From NCBI RefSeq assembly GCF_009914755.1, contig NC_060928.1: a DNA stretch of 64,000 bases, one strand, 5' to 3'. The notes beneath the pieces were generated by a model. It saw only the letters and a list, made by a program, of their open reading frames with translations. It was not told the origin of the DNA and ran no database searches. The position numbers and the translations under genes are program-made. Origin of the DNA: the human T2T-CHM13v2.0 reference genome, Homo sapiens. Each line of letters opens with the position of its first letter. Positions within the stretch are counted from its first letter, which is position 1. This document shows, one piece after another, positions 54,139-64,000 of the stretch.

Positions 54139-57100
54139 ATGAGCCACACATATCCACTGCCGAGGATTAAGACAGGTCAGGGATCACAGAGTTGTGGCCA
54201 CGTAAACAGATTATCCTGTTTCCTGAGACATCCTTTATGCTGCAGCTGCCTCCTTGGAGGAAGATCGTGAATCACATTGTTCTTCTCTCTTCCATTTGAT
54301 CCGACACCATGTAAACAAGCAATGTTGAATGAGAAAGAAAACATTTCAGGCAAATGTTGGAATTGCTTACCTTGTACAAACAATCTGCTTACTCAGTAAC
54401 AAGGTCTTACATTAGAAAGGGGCAGTTTTGGCGGTGAGTATGTTTGGGTAAATGAATGAGAAACAATTATTTAACACCAATTATGTGACAAGTATTGTGG
54501 TTTACTCTTCCCACATGTGATCTCATTTCATCCAAACAGCCACCCTGAGGGGAAGTGATAATAAATGGTACTGCTTTTCACAAATTATAAATGAGAAAAC
54601 ATATATGAAACCATTTAGTAATGGGCAAAGTCAGCATTTAAACCCATGTCTCTCTAAATAGGTAATTTATTTAACAACTCAGTAAACACTTATTTGTAAT
54701 TAAAAATGCAAATAACAACTATTGAATAAAAGAATGAATGAGTCATTTCATTTGATCTTATTTTATTTTTAAACTAATGAAGCTGAGAAACAAAGACGTT
54801 GAAGAATTTGCCTACTTCTACAAGTCTTATAAGTGTTGGAATTTTGACCTTTTCTCTCTCACAAGGCAATTGAAAATTTCAGAAAATATTATGATGATGG
54901 GATGTCAATAAGAAATTACAATGAGCCATCATTTGGGGTAAATTAGTCTTAAACAAACAAACAAAATGTTCCTTGACAAATTTATAAATGACTGTCCTAA
55001 GAAGTCATAGACCACTTTGAGGTTATCAGGCAGTTCATTGACACATAGGTAGAAAGTAGAGACCAAAATGCTGAAAAAGACACTGCCAAAAAAATAGCCA
55101 CCAAAATGAGTGAAACATTTGTCTCAGATTACATAGTGGTGATAAAGCTGAGAAAATTGTAATAAAATGGCCTACCTTAAAGATTTGTAAGATCTTTCTT
55201 CAATGTGCTTCACGTAAAAGTTCTCTATGTAGGAAGATAGGTCAGATGCAAAGGTCCTGAGCTCCAGGGTAGGTCTGCATGTGTTTATATCTCAACTCTA
55301 CCAAATACTAGGTGTGAACCTTAAGAAATTCCCTCATATCACTGGGCTCCAGAGAATGGGAATACTAATTATATCTACTTCATTTACTGTTATGAGGATT
55401 TAATGAGACAATCCATTCAAAGCATATAGAAAATGCCTGATGTATTTAAATAGAGAACATGCAATGACTAAACGAAAACATACCTTATTAAAATTGTTTA
55501 TTTTACATCATAATATGAAATGGTCTCATTTCATTTTAAGACAATAAAATTGTGGGCAGACATCTTCTGATGTTAAAATTATGATTCTATCACCATATCT
55601 TTTTGAAAATCTGTTTTCCCTATTAATGATCTAAGAGTTACTTTGCCTAGAACACCATCACTAACCAAAGCAATCAGGAAGCTGAGGAATATCCAATCAA
55701 GTACACATCAGTTGTGGTGTTCCAAATCCACACTATGATATTTATAGAGGGAGATGCGCTGACACTATAAGCGATAAAGTAATGGTGTATTGTAGGGGAA
55801 AGCATTGAATTAAGAATCGCTGTTGAATTGGTCAATTCTTTGCTTAAGTCACATTGCCTTTCTGAGTCTTAGATTTCTTAGATATTTGAAACAGGGGCTT
55901 GGGCAAAATTATGTCTATGGTTCCTTCCATCTCTCAAATGGAAGTTATTACCATTTTAGTGTTGCCTTGGTAATACCATACAAGTATTAGTATCAATTAT
56001 TATTATAAATAATTTGAGATCTTCTCCTTCCTGAATCACTGCTACAGTCATTAAACTCAATTACCTCATTATCTAAATTCACATGAATTATAACCCTAAA
56101 AGGGATGTATGTGTAAAAATGGCTTTAAAGAAACCAATGTGTCACCTCATGCATTTATAAAATAATCAAAAGTGCTGAGGCCATATGGTAAAAGGTCCAA
56201 GGTTCGCTAACTCCTTTCCCCAGTCTCTCCTTTTGACTTCCATTTCTATCCCACGTCTTGGGGTATTTATTTATCTTAAGTTTAGATGAGGCCCTGCAAT
56301 CCCTGAAGGAGACATGGAAAGATTCAGTTCTGAAGAGGGACTTGGGAGAAAACCATATTTCATGCCCATTGGCATTTGGGAGGCTGTCGAACTGTCTGTT
56401 GGGAAGTTTCTTGCAGAGTAAAAACAGAGAGTTTGAGGGTGGCCAAGCATTTGACTTCCCATCTGACTTGGGTGCGTTGTTGAAGCTCTCAGCACCTCCA
56501 GCTCACCATCTGCAGGATAGATCATCAGAATGTAACAGACCATTTATTCTGATGACCTTGTTTTATTGATGTAGAAATTGAGGCCCTGAAAGTAAAGCAA
56601 TGTTCCCAAGGTCACAGCATGAGTTAGAATTTCCAATCAGAGACCACATTCTCAGCCATCCCTTTCCCTCTTTTAAGTCAAGCATGAGTTGGTGACAAGA
56701 AAGAATTCTGATAATTGTGGGTAACAGTGCACAATTCAATTACTTTGTGGATTTTTAGCCACACAATGAATTTAGTTTGCTGCAGTGGCAAGATTATGGG
56801 CATAGGTTTCAAGCAGACCTTAGCTGAGTCCTTATTTTTTATTCAACAGCTGTGTATTTCTTTAGCCTATGGGCAACCTTCTGTTTCCTTCTTTGTAAAA
56901 CAAGGATAGTAATATCTGCTTCCTGGAATTTTTACTACATTAAACTGTAATTTGATAGCATATCCTAAGGAGTGGAGCATAGTGCTAGACACAGTGAGGA
57001 CTCTAAAAAATCCTTGTCTCCTCCTACAACCTCTTTGAGGCTGTGATAATCACATTTAGAGTTCAATCGTTATGCATTTTTCAAAGAACACCTGGAGATA

Positions 57101-57229
57101 ATTCACACAATTCTGCCTTTTAGATATTTATTTTAGTCACACTGTAGAAAAATTGCCACTAAAACTGCTTTAGCAAGGAATGAAAAGTGAATCCTGAAAA
57201 TAATAGTAAGAGAACACGGGCACACAACC

Positions 57230-59935
57230 ACAAATACACATCACATGTACATATTTACTTCAATCTTCCTCTCCCAACATCCATCCACTCCAAAGAAAAC
57301 CACTAAAAGAACAGGTAAATTATTTTTATTTTTAAAGGCATAAATCTGTAGGACAAAGTGGAGAGAATGGAGCAACAATTTTGAAAGCTGGAAAGCAGAT
57401 GCCTGATCTGCAGTAACTAACTTAGCAGGCGCACAGAAACCGATCTTTTTGCTGGCAGTGAGGAAAGCTGAGAAACAAGTTGATTTACACCATCGAACCC
57501 ATTAAAGGCTCAGAAATTTGTTGTATCATGTACTTCTGAGTATAGGAGAGAAGGTGGGGCAACATGCAAGAGATGCAGTTGAAACACTGTCAAAGTCTAT
57601 CAGATCCCTAGATAGCTCCTCTTGTTCATATAGCATTCCCCTCACCTAGGTAGAAGGAGGGCTTATTCCTTAGGAAAGGTAAAACAAAGGGTCAGTTGAT
57701 AGACGAATGATGGGCGTAGTTAGATATGAGAATGGGAGTGTCATCGTGAAAACATAGCAAACCAGTGAAAGTTTGCATACTGTTGAGATGTTGAGACCTG
57801 CTTGCCTTTTCTCCACGTGGAGCTTTTGGAGTGCTGGCAGCCAGATATGTCCTGGAGACTGAAAGAATCTTCTCTAGAGCACCGAGTTAGTCTAAGGGAA
57901 AACACCTGGCTTCACGGATTCCCCAATGTAAACCCCTAGCTAAGTCTATTTTGAAAAATTGAAAGGACAGACCCCTTTGACACACATGAAACTTCTCACC
58001 AAATATCAGAGCCCATCCTTAGAAACTGGTAATCACCCAACGTCATTTGATATTGAAAAAGAATATCTAATGTAAAAGTCAGAAACTAAATAGTAGGAGG
58101 AGGTAGGAAAAGGAGAAGGGAGAGGAGAAAGACAAAACACACAAACCCAGAGGGGAGAGAATTTACAAAGTACTGTCATTAGTATCTTTCAGATAATAAG
58201 AGAATATATTTAATCTACAAATAAGAACAGGAAGCTATGAAATAGGAACTCTCAAAGAGGATTAAAAAGAAATCCTAGAATTATGAGAAATAAAAAAAAT
58301 ATATAGAAATATGGAAGAAAAAGATAAAGAAAAGTCCAACAGAGGCTTTTGAAGATAAAATTCAGGAAACATTATATAAAAAGTTGAAGATAATGACAGA
58401 AATGAAAAATGAATTAAAGACAAGAGAAAAAAACATTATGACACATCCAAGAGGTTCAACATCCAAATATTTTGAATTCCAGTCAGGGAGAGTAGAAAAC
58501 TGAGTGATAAAGATTTCATTAAAAAAAAAGTCAACACAGTTTCCCCAAATCTGAAGTACATGAATTTCTGTTTCAAAGGGCTTAGCACGCTGCATGGGAG
58601 CAAACCAATACCAAGACATGAAGAACTTTCAGAATATTGAAGAGAAAATAAGATACTTACATAAAAGATATATAATGAGAATCAAATAATATCGCACTTC
58701 TCACTGTCAACACATAAAGCTAAAAGGAAATGGGAAAATGCATTAAAAATTTCTAGGGAAACTGATGTGTCCCCTAAGCACAGATGATCTCTCAATTTCA
58801 TATAAAAATGCAATAAAGGCTTGGCCTGATCCCAGCACTTTGGGAGGCCAAAGTGGGAGGATCACTTGGGCCAAGGAGTTTGAGACTAGCCTGAAAACAT
58901 AGTGAGACCCTATGTCTACGAAAAAAAAAAATTAAATAAACCAGGCATGGTGGTGTGCACCTGTGGTGGTCCCACCTACTCAGGAAGCTGAGGCAGGAGG
59001 ATTCTTGAGCCCAGGAGAACAAGGCTGCAGTGAGCCATGTGCCAATGCACTACAGCCTGGACAACAGAGCAAGACCTTGTCTCAATTTTAAAAAAAAAGC
59101 CACAATAAAGATATTTTCAGAGAGAAAAGGTCTCACATTTTCCAATTATTTCTCAGCAATCACCTGGCAGACTTGATTTTCTTTTTCTCTAAATGAGGAA
59201 ATAAACCAGGAAATATGATCCAAAATCCAAAGAGGAGATCCAACAAAAGAGAGAGGCAAAATTGATTTCCACAGTGAAGGGAACTAATGGGGTTGCCTGT
59301 GCAGTTCCAGAGAGCCACGAGGCCAGGCAGACGCAGGCAAGAAGAAATTTCCTTAAGAAGATGACATTTTAAATTATCTAAGGTATTTGTCTAAAGTATT
59401 TTTGTATATTCAAAGGAGAATTAGACAGTTGGAAGAGAATTCAGAGTTGAATTAATCATTAAGCACATAGAAAATAAGCCAAATTGTTGACTTCATGGGT
59501 TATTTCCTACGCAGGAAAGTAAATATAATTACATTATATGGATCACATAAAATAGCATTTATACATTAATAATAAGGGCATAATCAGTATTTACCTAATC
59601 AAAATTGCTAGATAAATATATGGGGAAGATAAAGCAATAGAATTTATTAGAGAGAATGAGAAGTAAAGGGGAAAATGGTGGTAGTGGGTGGGTGGGTGAA
59701 AGAGAACAAAATCCCATCTTCTATTTTGGGAAGTCAGTACATAACACCTAAAACAAAATCTAGAAGTATAGTCATGTCATTTGAAAATACAGGGCAAATA
59801 TCACAGAATTAGCTTGAAAAAGTTACAAGCAGCCGACACTAGGAAGAAGGTGGAGCAGACCTGCTGTTCTTACCGAGTCTTGTATTGGATCCTTTTTAAC
59901 CATATGCATGTTTACTTTTGATAAAAATAAAAAGG
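57230..59935 (+). mobile_element. HAL1 (half-L1), near full length
   Basis: ttttgaaagctggaaagcagatg...gtaactaacttagcag 5' motif, A-rich ORF1-like middle (ccaagaggttcaacatccaa), A-rich 3' end, no ORF2. Confidence 0.7.
58818..59098 (+). mobile_element. AluJ inside HAL1
   Basis: ggaggatcacttgggccaaggagtttgagac; TSD core caataaag. Confidence 0.88.
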
Positions 59936-60266
59936 AAATTAACTACTGTTTTCCAGGCTTCCTCTTTAAGATATCTGTCCAATCTCCAAACTATTAACTG
60001 GAATACTAGTTATCATTTTTGAATTGCCTCATTTTTTTTCTACTGGAACCGTGAACAATGATATCCATGCAATCAACTAAATTTGACGCACTGTTTCTGT
60101 TTCTTCTCGTGTACTTTAAATGTAAATTACCAATAGTACAATTAAGAAGTGCTTGTTGATGTATCACTCAGAATCTTACCTTACAGTTATCTACCTGTTG
60201 CCCCACACTAAAAGCATTTTTTTGAACAGAATCACTCCTGAAAGGTAAGTTATTGCTTTCAAATAA

Positions 60267-60280
60267 CCACTAGAGGGAAA
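60267..60280 (+). promoter_or_regulatory. Candidate CTCF core motif
   Basis: ccactagaggg core with an upstream tgc element; motif match only. Confidence 0.35.
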
Positions 60281-61820
60281 TGTTGCTCTTTTTACTAAGT
60301 AGTCACAGTCCGCTAGGGAACAGTTTCCTCAAGCAATGAGTAGGAATTATAAAGCCATGGCTTGCGTCATTTTTCCCTTCCTGGAGTGTAGAATCCTGAA
60401 GCTTGAAGGGAGCTTGCAACCCATCTAGGTCAAGCTCCTCTGACCTCTCCCTTTCGGCACTAAAAGAAACCAAGACCCAGAGAGGAACAGCTTTTTTAAG
60501 TCATAGGATAAAGGAAGCAGAAAAACCAAGTGCTAAAGACAAAATTTCCTTATTTACCTAAGCTGGGCAAATCTGGAATGAAACAAGAGAGTAACTCAGA
60601 AGAGTTGGTTTTTAGTTCAAGATCATTAAGCAGGGATTCGATAGTAAGAATTAGCACTGGTTAAATGTTTGCTGTGTGCTGAGTATACCTGTTACCATGT
60701 GCTGGGACGACTTTAGATGTCTGCATTCTTTATTTTTATCCTGATCAGAGTTGTGTGTGGTAGAAAAAAATATTTTCTATCCCTTTTCTACAGATGAGAA
60801 AACTAAGCCACAGAGAGTTTAAGTCACCTGCCCAGAATCAGACAGGAAGTGATTGCAGACCAGGGATTCAAAACTAAACAACGTAGCTCTGGAGTTCATG
60901 ACTAATCATTCTGCTTACTGCCTGTCAGTGGAAGACCTGGAATTTATCTGTGAATGTGGAAAAAGCTATCACTCCTTCCTGGGGAAGTGGCCTCACCTCA
61001 CCCTTTGGTCAGATGAGACGACGTGTCCCATTGACCACAGAGATCCTTCAGGATTTATCAAGGTGGTAGACAGAGCTTTTTAAAGGACTGATTTCTTTCT
61101 ATTCTCAATGTCTCCCATGATGCCTGGCTCAGAGGACTGGCTCATGAAATGTTAGATGAGTGAATAAATATGATCCTAACGACTTCACAAACAAATCAGT
61201 TGTAGAGAAAACATACTGTGTCACATCTTGTCATTCATAAAATTTAGGAAAATGCCACAAAACTATCTTTGTCCACTTGGTCTCACTTAACATTGTAGAG
61301 TTGATCCAATCAAATGCCTAATTCTACCTGATTTCCCCCCAAAATTTGTAATGCATTTTGTTCAGTCCATAAAGCATAGTCTGTCACTGTGTACATAGGC
61401 AGGCTCCTAGGCCCACTGCATTGTGTTATTTCATGAGCTGATGTAGCTGATGTGTCACTGCCTTATAAAACACCTGGGGTCTTTATCACTTATTGCTGTG
61501 GGCCCAGCCAAGTCTTCATCTTCTCTGTTGATGGAACTTTGAGCTTGTTTAACTCACCATTCCTCACAGCACTGAGGCTTAGGGAGGGGAAGGGCTCCTA
61601 TTTAAAAATAATAACCATGTACAAAGAGGAGGATTTAACAATGGAGTTTACAGCTAGGGAAATTTCCTTTGCACAGAAGGAAAACACACTTCATGAAAAA
61701 TACCTACAGATTTTCAATCTTCCTACTGGAAGGTTTGAAGTCATTTAGTGCAATTCTAGAAATGTAAGGGGTTAAAATGCCCATGTCTTGCCCCCAAACC
61801 AATTCATCCTTTACCTATAT

Positions 61821-61969
61821 TTAGAGACAGGGTCTCACTTTGTTGCCCAGGCAGAAGTGCAGTGTAGTTATCATAGCTCACAGCAGCCTGACACTCCTGG
61901 ACTCAATCGATCCTTCCACCTCAGTCTCCCTAGTAGGTAGGATTACAGGCACAAGCCACTGCACTGAAC
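61821..61969 (-). mobile_element. FRAM/old Alu monomer
   Basis: gagacagggtctcactttgttgcccagg...gattacaggcacaagccactgca single monomer. Confidence 0.8.
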
Positions 61970-61974
61970 ACATT

Positions 61975-64000
61975 GACTTTATTTTGGTGAATGTTAACAT
62001 ATGTATAAATTCTTGTAATCATCACCACAATCGAGATACAGGACTGCTTCATCACACTAAAAAAAAACTGATATTTCTTAACACCCAAACCTCTCTCCTC
62101 TCTTATACCTGGTGAACATTGATTTGTTCATCAGTACAGTTTTGACCTGCGACTGCTATATAAATGTAACACAGAGTGTATAAACTTTGAGACTGTCTTC
62201 TCTCACTCAGCATAATGCTTTGGGGATTCTTCCAAATTGTTTGGTGCGTCTATAATAGTCTATTAGTTTTTACTGCTGAAAAATATTTTATTGTATGTGC
62301 ATTAGTCTGTTCTTATGCTGCTAATAAAGACATACTGAGATTGGGTAATTTATAAAGGAAAGAGGTTTAATTGACTCACAGTTCAGCATGGCTAGAGAGG
62401 CCTCAGGAAACTTGCAATCATGGCGGAAGGGAAAGCAAACATGTCCTTCCCACCGTGGCAGGAATGAGAAGTGCCCAACAGAAGGAGGGAAAGCCTTCAG
62501 ATCTCATGAAAACTCACTCACTATCAAGAGAACAGCATGAGGATAACCACCCCCATGATTCAATTACCTCCCACTCAGTCCCTCCCAGGACATGTGGGGA
62601 TTATGGGAACTACAATTCAAGATGAGATTTGGATGGGACACAGCCAAACCACACCAGAAGTACCACAATTTGTTTATCCATTCACCTGCTGAGAGATACT
62701 TCAGTTGTTTTCAGTTTAAGGCAATTACAAATAGGACTGCAATAAACATTCGTATGCAGGCTTTCTGTATGAACATAAATTTTCATGACTATAAGATAAA
62801 TACCTACATGGACAACTCCTGGGTCATCAGATAAGTGTATGTTTTACTATACGATAAACTGCCAAAATATTTTCCAGAGGAGCTGCATCATTTTGCTTCC
62901 CCACCAGCATTGTATGAGAGTTCCAGTTGCTCCGCATGCTCATCACAGTAATTCATAATTCTCTCTCTTTTTTTTTTTTTTTTGCAATTTTAGGCACTCT
63001 AATACTTATGAACTGTTACCACATTGTAGTGTTAACTTAAATTTCTCCAATGAATTATGATGCTGAGTATCTTTTAATTGTGCTTATATTTTATACACCT
63101 GCTTTGGTGAAGTGTCCATGGAAATATTTTACCCTTTTTCCAAAAAACCAAAAAAAAAAATAAAAAACAAAATAGGTTTTGTTTTCTTATTGTTGGTTTT
63201 CAATAATTTTAAACTATATTCTGTATGCAAATCTTTTGTCAGACATATGATTTGTAAATATTTTCTCCCAGTCTATGATTCTGCTTTTCATTCTTTTAAC
63301 AGTACCTTTCAAAGAGCAAAAGTTTTGTTGTGCTTTGCTTTTTTAATTTTGATAAAATCCAATTTCTTACTTTTTAAGAATAATTATGATTTGTGTTTTG
63401 GTGATGATATCTAAGAATATCTTGCTTAATGCTAGGTCACAAAGATTTTCAAAAAGGTTTGTCATTTAATGTTTTACATTTAAATCTGTGATTGATTTTG
63501 AGTTAATATTTATATTAAGTAAGAGACTGACATTGAGGTTCATTACATTGTATTTGAATGGTTAATTTTCCCAAAACAATTTCTTGACAGGATTATCTAT
63601 TGTCCATCGAACTGCCTTTGCATCTTTGTCAAAAATCAGTTGGCTACATATGAGTGGGTATATTTATGGATTATCTTCCGTTTGATGGATCTGTGTGTCT
63701 ATCCCTTCAATGCCACTATGTCTTAATTAGTGTAGCTTTATAGTAAGTCTTAAAATCAGGTAGCATGAGTATTACAACTTTATTCTACTGTTTTAACCAT
63801 TTATAACCTTTCTGTAATAATTTTAGAAGCCTTAAGTATGATGCTAGCTCTTGGTTTTTTGGAGATGGTTATAGGTTTAAGAAAGTTTCCTTCTACTTTT
63901 AGTTGTCTGACAATTTTTGTCATAAATGATGTATTTTGTCAAATGATTTTTCTATATGTATTGATATGATCTCCTTTTCTTCTGCAGGTTGTTAACATAA
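61975..64000 (-). mobile_element. Old L1M (MB/MC/ME-type) 3' end and ORF2, running off the window
   Basis: tcactcagcataatg..., tttgcttccccaccagca, tagtaagtcttaaaatcagg motifs. Confidence 0.8.
62298..62656 (-). mobile_element. THE1C/D solo LTR inserted in L1M
   Basis: attagtctgttct.atgctgctaataaagacata...gacacagccaaacca. Confidence 0.9.

Overview
Repeat-dense, AT-rich primate genomic DNA. It is almost certainly human, because it carries a diagnostic AluYb8. I recognise no protein-coding gene, CpG island, tRNA or rRNA gene, so the window reads as intergenic or deep intronic. The ORFs I can assign come from transposons (L1 ORF2 pieces, antisense Alu, THE1 internal ORF, ERV env). Main content: a two-LTR MER57-like ERV1 provirus (24.4-32.2 kb) with integrase and env remnants and a doubled PPT region, a full-length THE1 MaLR, two 5'-inverted L1s, a near-complete HAL1, many Alu/MIR/L2/MaLR copies, and DNA-transposon MITEs (MADE1, MER53, MER3/MER33, Tigger2a). 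The most unusual items are a tailless U5 snRNA retrocopy with a TSD, a complex templated insertion inside an L1, an inverted L1 missing about 2.8 kb internally, and reuse of one Alu target site. I found no convincing novel biological system. Family assignments come from remembered consensus sequences, not from a RepeatMasker run, and boundaries of old elements are approximate.
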